Origin: Nitrospirota bacterium | Lineage (GTDB): Bacteria > Nitrospinota_A > UBA7883 > JACRGQ01 | Reading direction: 5' to 3' | Assembly (NCBI GenBank): GCA_024275955.1 | Contig: JAJRYD010000005.1 | Location: 7,480-71,479, forward strand | Length of the DNA stretch: 64,000 nt | Notes under the pieces: generated by a model | What the model saw: only the letters and a program-made list of their open reading frames with translations | What the model was told of the DNA's origin: nothing | Databases searched by the model: none | In this document: positions 29,407 to 39,742 of the stretch, piece by piece | How positions within the stretch are numbered: position 1 is the stretch's first letter | Layout of the letters: each line of letters opens with the position of its first letter | Made by a program: the position numbers and the translations under genes

Positions 29407-31113
29407 TTAGTTCAATATCCTTTTTAGTACCTGTTTTCTGATATCGAGGTAGGCATGGTTGTTCTCCGTAAGGTCCAAAAAGGACTGGTACGCTTCTTTT
29501 GCTTTCTTTCTTTTTCCAAGAACGTCGGACGAGTAGCCGATATTGAGGTAGACCTCCGGCATTTTGGGTGAAATTGTTTTGAGGTAATAAAGAGTTTCAA
29601 GAGCTTTATCGTGATCGTTTTTCTGCTGGGCCACTATAGCCCGCTGGAGCCATAAGCCGGACCGCCTACCGTCTATCGCCAACCCGAGCTCAAGATATTT
29701 TTCGGATAGTTCGAGATTACCCGAGCCAAGATACGCCGTTCCTATAAGGAAGTATGCTTCCCATCCCACATTGTCAGAATCGAAAACAGGCATAAGCGTG
29801 TTCACAGCTTCTTTGTAGGAGCCTACACGCACCTGATGTCTTCCGCGGTTAATAAGCACGGCAGGGTCTTCCGGCATCCCTCCGCTTTGCTCTGCTAAGG
29901 TTACCCCTTTTGCCCTAACTTCGCCTTTAGCCGTAGCCATAGTTTTAGCAACTGGGTTCATCCGTGCCAGAAGTTTTCTTTTGCTGTTGCCTAAAATGGA
30001 GTTGCGCCCAAGTATGTTACCTATAACATTTTTCTCATCTCTTAGCAGATCAGGCGGCGGCGCGGAAAGAAGGTAATAGGAGTCTTCGCCATTGTGCTTC
30101 CCTTCGACTATAAATGCCGCGTGACCGCCTCCAATATTGAAAATCGTTTTGGTAACTTTTGATAGGCTGTCGCTTATCGCTATTACAAGCGCCACCCTGT
30201 TATCGGGAAGTGTCTTAAAGCCGGTTTCCCATACAGCGAGGGCAGATTTTATTCCATTATCGTTCAGTTCGCTCCAGCCGTTTGTCATCCAGCTTTCCTC
30301 TGCCCACGTTTTATTTTTCAAAGGAGCGATGTTTGCCGTAAGCTCTTTTGCCTTTACCGCCTTTTGCTCTTCTATAACTTTCGCTTGGGCAACTGCTGTT
30401 TCTCTTGCTATACGGTTTTCTTTTGCCACTCTGTTAGCTTCGGCAACCGCTATTTCTCTGGCAAGCGTAGCCTCTTTGGCTATCTCTTTCGCTTGGGCAA
30501 CTGCTGTTTCTCTTGCTTTAAGGTTTTGAGCCGCAATCCTGTTAGACTCGGCAATCTGCTTTGCTTCGGCCAGCCCAGCTTCTCTCGCCTTTCTAGTCTT
30601 CTCCTCTATCAGCCTAACCTCCGCAAGTGCCGCTTCTTTCGCGCTTCTAGCTTCGTCCATTATCCGTTGCGCTTCGGCCAGCCCAGCTTCTTTCGCCTTT
30701 TGATTTTCCTCGGCAAGCCGTCTGCTATTCGCCATCTCTTCACCTGCGGTAGAGCCTGCCGTATCGGAGAGAGACTTAACCGGAGCTATGGCGGCAGGCG
30801 CTTTGACCGCTTTTGAGGCAGGCTCCAAACCGTCAACCATCGGAACACTTTTGGCAGAGGAAGCGCCGCCCTTGCCGGTTATAAACTTGGTATAGCCGTA
30901 ATAAAGCCCCGATACAGCACCGACCGCTACGATAATAAGAGAAATAAAAGCTATTACATATTTAGCCAAGCCGGGCGAGTCATCAGCCTGTTGGGCTATG
31001 TAGTGATTATTTTTCCAAGGCGAGTTGATATCGGCTTTGGCTCCGTCTGCTTTATCTGTATCTCTTTTTTGATCTTCTTCAAGGCGCTTGAGCGTCTGCT
31101 CGATAATACTCAT
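29407..31113 (-). CDS. MshN-like pilus biogenesis protein (N-terminal TM, tandem coiled-coil repeats, C-terminal TPR domain)
   Basis: 568 aa. TM helix at residues ~50-72. Five to six tandem ~22-aa repeats (KEAGLAEAQRI... / ARETAVAQAKEIAKE...). C-terminal TPR-like region. Directly downstream of the ExeA-like ATPase, matching the MshM-MshN pairing. Confidence 0.6.
   Translation of the reverse strand: MSIIEQTLKRLEEDQKRDTDKADGAKADINSPWKNNHYIAQQADDSPGLAKYVIAFISLIIVAVGAVSGLYYGYTKFITGKGGASSAKSVPMVDGLEPASKAVKAPAAIAPVKSLSDTAGSTAGEEMANSRRLAEENQKAKEAGLAEAQRIMDEARSAKEAALAEVRLIEEKTRKAREAGLAEAKQIAESNRIAAQNLKARETAVAQAKEIAKEATLAREIAVAEANRVAKENRIARETAVAQAKVIEEQKAVKAKELTANIAPLKNKTWAEESWMTNGWSELNDNGIKSALAVWETGFKTLPDNRVALVIAISDSLSKVTKTIFNIGGGHAAFIVEGKHNGEDSYYLLSAPPPDLLRDEKNVIGNILGRNSILGNSKRKLLARMNPVAKTMATAKGEVRAKGVTLAEQSGGMPEDPAVLINRGRHQVRVGSYKEAVNTLMPVFDSDNVGWEAYFLIGTAYLGSGNLELSEKYLELGLAIDGRRSGLWLQRAIVAQQKNDHDKALETLYYLKTISPKMPEVYLNIGYSSDVLGKRKKAKEAYQSFLDLTENNHAYLDIRKQVLKRILN
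30350..30720. repeat. imperfect tandem DNA repeats (~66 bp units) encoding the coiled-coil repeats of the MshN-like protein
   Basis: Recurring CTTTCGCTTGGGCAACTGCTGTTTCTCTTGC and GCTTCGGCCAGCCCAGCTTCT(C/T)TCGCCTTT blocks, visible directly in the sequence. Confidence 0.6.
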
Positions 31114-31126
31114 AATCTCACCCGCA

Positions 31127-31963
31127 CTATTCTACTATCTCCCGCGCCGCGTTAAGCAACATCCGGTACCCTATCTGCATTTTCCCACCGGCATACGCGG
31201 ATAGAAGCGCCCTATCGCAAATCTGGTTTATTCTTCTCGGCGTTCCGCCGCTAAACCTATGCGCGAGAAAAAGGGCCGGCTCGCTAAAACTGGGAGAACC
31301 GCCACTGGTAGTAGCCGCCCTTAGCCTATGGTTTATATAATCTCTTGTATCTCTGTAACCAAGCGGTTTTAGTCGAAATTTAACGCTTATTCTTTGTGCC
31401 AATGGCCGGAGGTTCTTGGCGACAAGGCGGGTTTCAAGCTCCGGCTGGCCAACCATGATAAACGAAAGGAGTTTATGCTTTTGCGTCTCAAGGTTTGAAA
31501 GAAGCCTTAAGCCCTCCAGCACTCTTGGTTTGAGCCTTTGAGCCTCGTCCAGTATAACTACAACTTTTTCGCCGTTTTTGGCGATCCGTATCAGTATCTG
31601 GTTTATTTCGTTAAAGAGCTTACTGTACGAAGCATCCTCTAGGTGTATGCCTGTTATATCTTGGTAAATCGCTTTTAAGAGGTCCATAAAATCTATATAT
31701 GTGTTGTAGATGTAAACGGTTTTTATCCCTTTAGGCACCGAGCTTAAGAGCTGTCTGCAAAGAAGAGTCTTGCCCAAGCCTATTTCGCCTGTAAGCATTG
31801 TAAAACCGTCGGTCTGCAAACCGTACTGAAGATGGTTGAGAGCGGCGACATGCTGTCTGCCCTGAAAGAAAAAGGCGGTATCTGGGGTAAGATTGAACGG
31901 CGATTCCGCGAACCCAAGCTCATGGTAACAGCTATTCACATTTGCCATAAAAGCAGTCCTCAA
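31127..31963 (-). CDS. ExeA/GspA-type AAA+ ATPase (MshM-like)
   Basis: 278 aa. Walker A GEIGLGKT. Walker B VVILDEAQ. ExeA-like N-terminus FAESPFNLTPDTAFFF. Confidence 0.8.
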   Translation of the reverse strand: MRTAFMANVNSCYHELGFAESPFNLTPDTAFFFQGRQHVAALNHLQYGLQTDGFTMLTGEIGLGKTLLCRQLLSSVPKGIKTVYIYNTYIDFMDLLKAIYQDITGIHLEDASYSKLFNEINQILIRIAKNGEKVVVILDEAQRLKPRVLEGLRLLSNLETQKHKLLSFIMVGQPELETRLVAKNLRPLAQRISVKFRLKPLGYRDTRDYINHRLRAATTSGGSPSFSEPALFLAHRFSGGTPRRINQICDRALLSAYAGGKMQIGYRMLLNAAREIVE

Positions 31964-31990
31964 CCGGAGTAAGCACTCCAGAGAATCTTT

Positions 31991-33721
31991 CTATTCTTCC
32001 TCTTCTTCGTCGGCATCTCTGGAAATAATCCTCGGTGTCAGGAATACCACCAGCTCCCTAGTGGTGTCGGATTCGTATGACCCGCTAAACAGCTTCCCGA
32101 AAAGTGGAATACTGCCCAAAAGCGGAACCTGACGCACCGTTTCCGTTTTTTCGTGCTGTATCATCCCGCCTATCGTAGCCATCTCTCCGTCCCTCAGCCG
32201 AACTACAGTGGAAGACTGTTTAATATCGAGTATCGGAGCGGTCGACCCGAACGAAGAAATGACAGTACCGGCAAGTCTCGATATTATCGGCGTAACATCC
32301 ATAATTATCATGCCGTCGGCGGATATCTGGGGCGTGATGGAAAGAACCACTCCGACAGTAACATACTGCACAGACTCCGTTACCGTAGCGGCGGAACCGC
32401 CGACCCCCGGGGTAGTGGTCGCTTCAAAGAAAGGCGTATCGGTGCCGACCTTTATGAGGGCAGGCTGGTTGTTCATTACCATCAGCTTCGGCTTGGAAAT
32501 AACCTTTATCTCTCCTTGTTCCTGCAGGGCGGTTACTACCGCGTTAAAATTGTTTCCATCCAAAACGCCAAAGGCCATCGTCACGGTAGGATCTTTAAAA
32601 CCGGCAAGACCGAACGGTGACGCGATAGTGTTGGTAGATTGGATTGAAGTGGTATCGGTCGCCTGCATAACCTGAGTCCAATCGACCCCGAGGCTGTACT
32701 CGTCGTTAAGGGTAACTTCCATTATCCTTACTTCAATCAACACCTGCCTTTGGATGCTCTCAGTAACATATTTAATATATTGTTCAACGGCGACGATATT
32801 TTTGTGGGCATCGGTTACCATTACCGTGCCGGATGCCTCATTGATAACTAATTTACCCTTTGTAGATATTACATTACCAAGCTCTTCCGCAAGGTCTAAC
32901 CAAAAGTCCATTTCGGCTTCCTGCGATATCGTCACATCTCCGGAAGAAGAGCCACCCGACGATTCTCCACTTGACTGCAGGGTCGCCTGACTTGAACCTT
33001 TACCGCCACGAACAAGCTTTATGTAGTCAATATGGAAAGTCTTGCTTTCTATCGCGTAAATTTTTATCATCCCGTTGTTTTCTTCCCACCAGTAGCCAAG
33101 ACTATCGAGAATAGCTATCATCGCCTCCCTGAATGGAAGTTTTTTAAACTTGACCGTGACGGAACCGCTTACATCGGAGTGGATTATCATATTAAGATCG
33201 TTAGCGCGCGCGAAAAGCTCCAGAGCTTTCCGTATGTCCATACCATCCGCCTGAAAGCTATATGCTCTGCCAGCCATTAAACTTGGCGAATCACTATCGC
33301 CAACAGCCATCCTTCTCCTTAGCTCAAGAAATTCGGATCTGTCGGCTACCTCATCTTCCTGTAGCTGTTCAAGGATTTCGCTCCTCGACATGCCTGCATC
33401 GCCAGCATCTTCGGAGATAAATTCTTCCTCTGTAGCTGTTTCTACCAAGTCTTCTCCAGCAGGAACAACATTTTCATCATTTTCATCGGGAACGCCTACG
33501 GTTTCGGACTGAACAACCGCCATCCTCTTGCTTAAATCGAGGTTTAACGCTTCGCCTTCGGCCAGCTCGCCACCTGCTACACCAGCAGAAGATATTGACG
33601 GGTCAGAGCCTATGCCGGCCTGTTTCGATTTGGAAGCACACCCCGCGGCAAACCCCACGACAAACAGAGCTATAAGAAGCGTCCCTATTAATCTGCCATC
33701 AATCAGTTTTTCTCTGTTCAC
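31991..33721 (-). CDS. type IV pilus secretin (MshL-like lipoprotein secretin)
   Basis: 576 aa. Lipobox ...FAAGCAS. Secretin C-domain with the conserved terminus ELVVFLTPRIISRD. Confidence 0.85.
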   Translation of the reverse strand: MNREKLIDGRLIGTLLIALFVVGFAAGCASKSKQAGIGSDPSISSAGVAGGELAEGEALNLDLSKRMAVVQSETVGVPDENDENVVPAGEDLVETATEEEFISEDAGDAGMSRSEILEQLQEDEVADRSEFLELRRRMAVGDSDSPSLMAGRAYSFQADGMDIRKALELFARANDLNMIIHSDVSGSVTVKFKKLPFREAMIAILDSLGYWWEENNGMIKIYAIESKTFHIDYIKLVRGGKGSSQATLQSSGESSGGSSSGDVTISQEAEMDFWLDLAEELGNVISTKGKLVINEASGTVMVTDAHKNIVAVEQYIKYVTESIQRQVLIEVRIMEVTLNDEYSLGVDWTQVMQATDTTSIQSTNTIASPFGLAGFKDPTVTMAFGVLDGNNFNAVVTALQEQGEIKVISKPKLMVMNNQPALIKVGTDTPFFEATTTPGVGGSAATVTESVQYVTVGVVLSITPQISADGMIIMDVTPIISRLAGTVISSFGSTAPILDIKQSSTVVRLRDGEMATIGGMIQHEKTETVRQVPLLGSIPLFGKLFSGSYESDTTRELVVFLTPRIISRDADEEEEE

Positions 33722-33808
33722 TATCAGATGCCCCCCAACTGGCGAAGATACTCAATACCGGTACCACCACGCCTACTATACAATGCAAACCCCACTCTAC
33801 AAACCCAG

Positions 33809-34285
33809 CTAGTTAAATGTTAACTTTTTATTTCCTTCCGGCCCTTCAAGAAGCACCATACCGGAACTTATCCGAAGCACCTTAAACTCAAAATAACTCT
33901 CACCCAATCCGACTATTTTATTGTTTATAACCGCAAGCCGAACCCCCGGTTCAACAATTACAGCTGTAAGGGTGTCGATCCTTCTGGTTCTTTTTTTCTC
34001 TGCCTCTTCAACCCTCGCCAGCTCCTCCGCGAGAGCTTCAAGTTTAAAAGGATCCCTCACGAACGATTCCGCCCAACCGACATTATCGTAATCTATTTTT
34101 CCTTGCACAGCTTCGGGTTTAACAGCTTTCTCCTTAGCAACGGCAGGTTTACTGTTTCTTACGTTTTTTACTGCCTGTTTCCCGCCTCCTTTAAAAAAGA
34201 TAGGCTTGATAATATTATTAAAAACCACCGCTAAAGCGATAACTGCCAAGATGCCGACAAAAACAGGGTTTTTAAAAATTTTCAT
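33809..34285 (-). CDS. pilus assembly protein (MshK/PilP-like), periplasmic
   Basis: 158 aa. Single N-terminal TM. Position between the PilO-like gene and the secretin. Confidence 0.5.
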   Translation of the reverse strand: MKIFKNPVFVGILAVIALAVVFNNIIKPIFFKGGGKQAVKNVRNSKPAVAKEKAVKPEAVQGKIDYDNVGWAESFVRDPFKLEALAEELARVEEAEKKRTRRIDTLTAVIVEPGVRLAVINNKIVGLGESYFEFKVLRISSGMVLLEGPEGNKKLTFN

Positions 34286-34291
34286 ACGCGC

Positions 34292-34879
34292 TCAACTCGA
34301 AAAACCGACCATAACAATAAATCTAGCTTCTAATCTGCTCGCCGCTTCGCCGGAACCTGCAACCTTAATGTCAACAACCCTTATCCCTTGGTGGTTATCA
34401 ACAATCTTCTTCAACAGCTTCAAAAAATCGACAGTGCCGGCATTCCCTGCATCGGGAGTCAGTATGATATTTAATGGAATATCTGAAATACCGGAAACAA
34501 ACTCAGATATTACCTTCGCCTCACCAAGTTTAAAACTAAGTTTAAAGCCTCTTAGGTTGGCGGCATCGTCAACCTCCTTAACAAACTCGAGCAATGATTT
34601 ATAGCTTTCTGGAATATAGCTTTTGGCTTCCGTAAGTTCATCTCTCAAACCTTTTTCCCTGCCGGCCGGCCATTGAAGCCTCCGTTTCTCTACCTTGGCA
34701 AAAAGAGGCTGGATGCTGTTAATCTCTTTGGTTATTTCCACTACTATGGGAAGCCTGTTTACAAGAGCGTTGTATATAAGAAAAACCGGAATTATTCCAA
34801 AAGCTACCGTTAATACACGAACAACAGGGTTATGAAGCCATAGCGACCTGAAATACTCGCGATCAATTTTTATCTTCAC
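34292..34879 (-). CDS. PilO/MshJ-like inner-membrane pilus assembly protein
   Basis: 195 aa. Single TM followed by a periplasmic coiled-coil and alpha/beta domain. Translationally coupled to the upstream PilM/N fusion. Confidence 0.55.
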   Translation of the reverse strand: MKIKIDREYFRSLWLHNPVVRVLTVAFGIIPVFLIYNALVNRLPIVVEITKEINSIQPLFAKVEKRRLQWPAGREKGLRDELTEAKSYIPESYKSLLEFVKEVDDAANLRGFKLSFKLGEAKVISEFVSGISDIPLNIILTPDAGNAGTVDFLKLLKKIVDNHQGIRVVDIKVAGSGEAASRLEARFIVMVGFSS

Positions 34880-36513
34880 TGTATAGCCCCTTTGAGGGAG
34901 AAAGATGTCATCTTCGCGGTAACGATATTGCCTAATTTAAGCTTTCCCTTGTAATAGTCGTTAAGCCAAGCCTCGTACCACCCTTCGCTTATACCTACCT
35001 GATATGGCCCATTACGCAGAGAATCTACAAGCTCTTTGAGCGCGTCCAAAGCGACTACATACTCAACATTGACCGCTTCCTCTTCGGATGCATCGCCATC
35101 CTTCTCATCAGCCTGCTTGGCCGACTTTGCTTCCAGCAACGCCTTTTTCAAGCCTCCTTTAGAGGTGAGCCTTTTTACGACATCTTCGGACCCGATACCG
35201 GGGCTACCCCCAATACCAGGGTCGGCTTTTCTCGTTTTCTTTTTTTCTTTCTCACCAGCGGTTTTACCTTTACTTTCAGGCTCTTCGGCAATCGGAATCT
35301 CGATTACTCTCAACTTTCCAACGAGGAGCATCTCCCATGCGTCATCCTTTCTCACTATATCCGCCTTGGTAAGGATAATGCCATCAGGTATGACATTGGT
35401 TAAATATCCGGTAAACCACCCCGGCACCTGCTTAGTACCGCTCAATTTCAGCAATTTTATCATCGATTCGATTCTGGCAAGTTCCTTTGCCTTTTCTTCC
35501 AGCACCAGCTCTTCTTTCTTTAGTTTTTCTATCTGCGGCGCTACAAGCTTAAGCTTAGCGCTCTCGTTGTAAATCATATATTCGACAAACCCAGAGGCGG
35601 CCAATGCGCCTATCCACAATGTCGCTATAGAAGCGGCAACTATCTTCGTAAACTTTCTTACATACATTCCCTTTCTTACCTGCGGAATAACAAGGTTGCT
35701 GTCGTGGCCAAATGGAAGCTTTAATGCCTCCCGTACCCAGAAAAAACGGCCGGACTTGGCGATATACTCAACAGGGACGCTAAGACTCTTCTTGAGCATC
35801 GCGAGAAACTCTTCGGAAAATGTTTCGGTAATGTTAAGCAGGGAGACATTTTCGCCAAACTGCTGTTTGCTGAAAAGAATAGAGCGGTTCACCTCGGTAC
35901 TCAGCTTCTCCACATCCTCTTTTATATACATATCGCCTTTAAGGGTACGCTCCGAAAAGATAGAGCCATCCGACTTGCCGATGACAAGCATTATTTTCTC
36001 GCCCATTTTGGATAGCAGAGCACCCATCTCGTCTTTTTGTATGTCGTAGCGAAGGAACTGCTGAGCCATAACGGAAGACAGCGGAGTAAGCTGAATAAGG
36101 AAAACGCCAGAATCCAAAGCTCCCTGCATCAGCTCTTCGATGAAAGCTTTGGGAAGCATATTTACCGATACCGAATCATGCCCCTTTGCAGACGCTGTTT
36201 TTGTATAGCTGAATACCGCCTCACCATCGAACCCTTTTTCCTTAGCTACTTTTCTCTTAAGGAGAACAATAAGATCTTTCTTTTCCATCGGCGGCACTTC
36301 AAAGGTTTTCTGCACCAACAGCTCATGTTCCATTACCACGCTCAGGTAGTAGCCTTTCGATTTCGTCTCTTTAACCCCCTGCCTAATGCTTTCGACAATA
36401 TCTTTAACCTCAAACACCTGCTTGGGAGATGACCAGCTACGCTCGCTACTGCCGTCTATAACAACAGCCCTAAGCCAGTTGTTTATGATATTAATGCCGA
36501 GAGTTTTCGCCAT
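34876..36513 (-). CDS. MshI-like fused PilM/PilN pilus assembly protein
   Basis: 545 aa. N-terminal actin-like (PilM) region, a central TM helix (IVAASIATLWIGALAASGF), then a PilN-like periplasmic region and a Lys/Glu-rich tail. Confidence 0.6.
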   Translation of the reverse strand: MAKTLGINIINNWLRAVVIDGSSERSWSSPKQVFEVKDIVESIRQGVKETKSKGYYLSVVMEHELLVQKTFEVPPMEKKDLIVLLKRKVAKEKGFDGEAVFSYTKTASAKGHDSVSVNMLPKAFIEELMQGALDSGVFLIQLTPLSSVMAQQFLRYDIQKDEMGALLSKMGEKIMLVIGKSDGSIFSERTLKGDMYIKEDVEKLSTEVNRSILFSKQQFGENVSLLNITETFSEEFLAMLKKSLSVPVEYIAKSGRFFWVREALKLPFGHDSNLVIPQVRKGMYVRKFTKIVAASIATLWIGALAASGFVEYMIYNESAKLKLVAPQIEKLKKEELVLEEKAKELARIESMIKLLKLSGTKQVPGWFTGYLTNVIPDGIILTKADIVRKDDAWEMLLVGKLRVIEIPIAEEPESKGKTAGEKEKKKTRKADPGIGGSPGIGSEDVVKRLTSKGGLKKALLEAKSAKQADEKDGDASEEEAVNVEYVVALDALKELVDSLRNGPYQVGISEGWYEAWLNDYYKGKLKLGNIVTAKMTSFSLKGAIQ

Positions 36514-36519
36514 TACTTT

Positions 36520-37758
36520 CTATCTGCCCCACACCGCTGGAGGGCCTGGCGTATAAAAAAATGTTTCAGAACCGCGAATAGTGGTCGAAAAAATCAGATT
36601 ATTGCCGACTAGGTGGTCCCTTAACTGAAGCTGGGTATCCTCTATCAGATATATCTGGCCAGACGCCGGGTAGCTGGTAGGGGTGGTTGTGGTAGGCAAG
36701 GTAAGCGCGTCGGAAGCGGTTGTCCTGTTTACGATCGTATATGTAGGCAAGCCGGCGTAGTGAATAGTTACATCGACAAAGGTAGGGGCAATCGTGCCAG
36801 CGCCTGTTATCACTAGCGCAACAGGAAAGTAGATACTGCCGGTAGCGGCGCTCGCCACAGTCAAGCCTGTTCCAGTGGCGCTACCGCCGCCCGTGATAAC
36901 TGTGCCGGTGGCCAAAACGTCAACGCCTCCAGCTGTAGTTCCAATACTCATTGTCGCCGTAACGGCAGTTGCCGGAGCTACAGGCATAAACCCGCCGGAA
37001 GTGTATGTATACTGGAAGATTGTCGAATTAATAGCGGTATAAAGCATAATAGTGTTGAGAAGGCCGTCTACTGTGTCATAGCCAAACGCTTTTCTGGCAA
37101 AAGCGGCGCCGGGGTGAACAATAATGGTAACAGGGTGGAAATACGGTAAATAGTTTATCCTTTTTATCTTAAGCGTGTTGCTCTCTACCATTGTAGCCGC
37201 CACCGTTTGATCCCACTCTGCGGCAAAAGCGGCCGCGGTAGCTAACGCGCCGTTAATAACGTTAGTACAGCCCGGCGAGATGTCGGAGATAATCATCGCC
37301 CTTAAGGTAACGCCTGTCGGCACCGCTGATGGAATTGTAGCTGACGCGGCGACACCGTTAACCGGCGATAAAGCGGTGTCCTGATCGTACGGTAAACTGC
37401 CAACAGTTCCAAACCCAAGCCAAGCTTCGCCGGAAGGGTCTACCACGAAACGGCGTTGGCACCCATACTCGGTTTCGGCTAGTGATGCCGAAGAGGCGCC
37501 TGTCATCAGCGAAATATTGTCGGCCCATGCTGGCGGGGTTCCGGCAACTCCGATGGCAGATGCCGGGATAGCCCTGTTTTCCAGAAGGTAGTCTATAAGC
37601 CCATCGGCTATAGTATCGAGGTTGCCTTCTTCCGATGTAATTAACGCTCTGTTCATTCTGGTAATGATATTGGGGAGAATCATCGACGAAAGAATAGCAA
37701 TAACCGCGACTACGCCGATAATTTCGATAAGGGTAAACCCTTTGGAATTTTTAAGCAT
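36520..37758 (-). CDS. large type IV minor pilin / pilus-associated adhesin-like protein
   Basis: Class III signal KGFTLIEIIGVVAVIAILSSMILP, followed by a ~380-aa Thr/Gly/Ala-rich beta domain. Start taken at the Met preceding the prepilin leader. Confidence 0.65.
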   Translation of the reverse strand: MLKNSKGFTLIEIIGVVAVIAILSSMILPNIITRMNRALITSEEGNLDTIADGLIDYLLENRAIPASAIGVAGTPPAWADNISLMTGASSASLAETEYGCQRRFVVDPSGEAWLGFGTVGSLPYDQDTALSPVNGVAASATIPSAVPTGVTLRAMIISDISPGCTNVINGALATAAAFAAEWDQTVAATMVESNTLKIKRINYLPYFHPVTIIVHPGAAFARKAFGYDTVDGLLNTIMLYTAINSTIFQYTYTSGGFMPVAPATAVTATMSIGTTAGGVDVLATGTVITGGGSATGTGLTVASAATGSIYFPVALVITGAGTIAPTFVDVTIHYAGLPTYTIVNRTTASDALTLPTTTTPTSYPASGQIYLIEDTQLQLRDHLVGNNLIFSTTIRGSETFFYTPGPPAVWGR

Positions 37759-37858
37759 ACGCCCCCCACATAGTAAAAAAGCAGGCCACCGACTTATCGC
37801 ACGGAGACCCGCCTGTTTCAAAGCAAACAAATTTTATAAAAACCTAATTCCAGCCCGA

Positions 37859-38383
37859 TTATCTCTTTTTGGCACGCGGCTTAACACTGTGCGAAGAACC
37901 GATAGTCTTCCCCTGACCGCCGCTTGCACCAGTTATCGAAGTAGCGCCCGAAGCAGGGCTTGCACCGGACGGTACTATTGAGGTCGACGGACATTCATCC
38001 GATATTATATCAAGGGTGTTGCCGTCAGTTACATCTTGCGCTACATGAGCGTCGTACTCGGCCTGAGTCAGGTCTTTCATTTTTGTATAGCCGCTTACCG
38101 TCCTGTGGCAAATTGTGTATGTAACGACGGTACAGGAACCCAAGTAGTCAACTCCATCTTCCGAATCGTGGCTTCTATGATCGCCAGGCCAATCATCCTC
38201 GTCAATCTGCTTTGTCTCATTCTCAGAATCTGGCTTGTGGCAGATAGTGATTTTAGTGTCGCTATCTTTATCCTTATCTTTGTCATCATCATCACCAGCA
38301 ACAGCTGTCGAAGCAAACATGCCCAATGCCAAAAAAAGGACAGGCAGAACCAAAATTGCCAAAGGACCAAACAACTTTCTCAT
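37859..38383 (-). CDS. secreted Asp-rich protein with two TICH(K/R) motifs
   Basis: Sec signal LAILVLPVLFLALGMFASTAVA, a D/K-rich acidic stretch, and repeated KITICHKP / TYTICHRT motifs. Embedded within the pilus locus. Confidence 0.45.
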   Translation of the reverse strand: MRKLFGPLAILVLPVLFLALGMFASTAVAGDDDDKDKDKDSDTKITICHKPDSENETKQIDEDDWPGDHRSHDSEDGVDYLGSCTVVTYTICHRTVSGYTKMKDLTQAEYDAHVAQDVTDGNTLDIISDECPSTSIVPSGASPASGATSITGASGGQGKTIGSSHSVKPRAKKR

Positions 38384-38493
38384 ATCTTTCTCCTTTTCAA
38401 TTTTGCTCCCGTAACCCACCCGAAAACATAGTCAACGTAAAAAACACTCTCCATACTACAGCAAGTAAATTATACACTATTGGGCCATATTTT

Positions 38494-39717
38494 CTACCCT
38501 ACACTGCTCATTAGCGTCATGATAGGCATAAATATCGCCAACGCGGTAAAGCCTACTATACCGATCATGGTAATCATTATTGCCGGCTCCACTATGCCGA
38601 ATACCGTCTTAATAGTTCTTGGAATAACTTCGTCGTAATAGGACGAAATGCTCTCAAGCGGCGCGCCGAGGTCGCCCGACTGCTCGCCGACAGAAAGCAT
38701 CATAAGCTCCATAGAGTTAAAGATATCGTGTTTTCCCATGCTTTCATAAAGCGTCATGCCGCCTTCTATGTCGGCTTTTGCCTCTCTGAGAGCTTTTTCC
38801 ATTACAAGGTTACCGACAAGCTCCTGACACAGCTCCAAATTCTGCAATACCGGAATGCCGGCTTTGAACAGCGCCGCAAAGTTGGTGGCGAATTTCGATA
38901 CAACGAACATTTTATTAAGCTTTCCGAAAACCGGCAGTTTGAGCTTCATGCTGTCCCACCAAAACGAAAAGCCTTGTGATTTCTTTTTCGCCGCGCCGAT
39001 AATAAAAGGTATGACAGCGACAAACATAAGCGAAACCACGCCGTAGCTTTTGGCAAAATCGCTCACTGCCATAACTATGATAGTAGGCATCGGAAGCTCC
39101 ACATCTAGGCTTACAAGCAGAGTAACGAATTTGGGAACCACAAAGGTAAAAAGCAGGCCTATAAACATCACGATAACGATCAACACTGTTACCGGATATA
39201 TCGTCGCCTGTTTTACGTCGGATTTCATGCGCAATACCCATTCCATATAGGCGATAATATCGGCAAATGTTTCAGGCAGACGGCCGCTCTCTTCGCCGGC
39301 CCTTATCATGTTGGCTGTGTTAGAGTCGAAAGCTTTTGGGTGAGCGCTAAAAGAATCTGCAAGGGTTTCGCCGGATTCGACACCATTACAGACTGCGTCT
39401 AGAACTTTTCTAAAGTAAGGGTTGTCAGAGCCTTTCTGCATACCGCGCAAGCCCTCAAGCATAGGAACACCGGCATTCAAGAGCCCTCTAAACTGAATAA
39501 AAAAGTCGATAACCTCTCTTGGCTTTACCGATTCCAGAAACGTGAGCTTAAATTCTTTGCCGCCGACCGAAACAACATCTTCGAGTGAAGAGCTTTCTAT
39601 AAGAACCTGCCCCATATCGGCAAGCTGTTCTTCCAGCAAAGATTCGTCAACAGCTACCATACTGCCGGTTATAGACCTGCCGGTATTGTCTAAAGCTCTG
39701 TAATTATATTCAGGCAT
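38494..39717 (-). CDS. type IV pilus inner-membrane platform protein (PilC/GspF family; MshG-like)
   Basis: 407 aa. Two GspF repeats and three TM helices. Confidence 0.85.
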   Translation of the reverse strand: MPEYNYRALDNTGRSITGSMVAVDESLLEEQLADMGQVLIESSSLEDVVSVGGKEFKLTFLESVKPREVIDFFIQFRGLLNAGVPMLEGLRGMQKGSDNPYFRKVLDAVCNGVESGETLADSFSAHPKAFDSNTANMIRAGEESGRLPETFADIIAYMEWVLRMKSDVKQATIYPVTVLIVIVMFIGLLFTFVVPKFVTLLVSLDVELPMPTIIVMAVSDFAKSYGVVSLMFVAVIPFIIGAAKKKSQGFSFWWDSMKLKLPVFGKLNKMFVVSKFATNFAALFKAGIPVLQNLELCQELVGNLVMEKALREAKADIEGGMTLYESMGKHDIFNSMELMMLSVGEQSGDLGAPLESISSYYDEVIPRTIKTVFGIVEPAIMITMIGIVGFTALAIFMPIMTLMSSVG

Positions 39718-39742
39718 AAATAAATAGAACCATCTTAAAAGC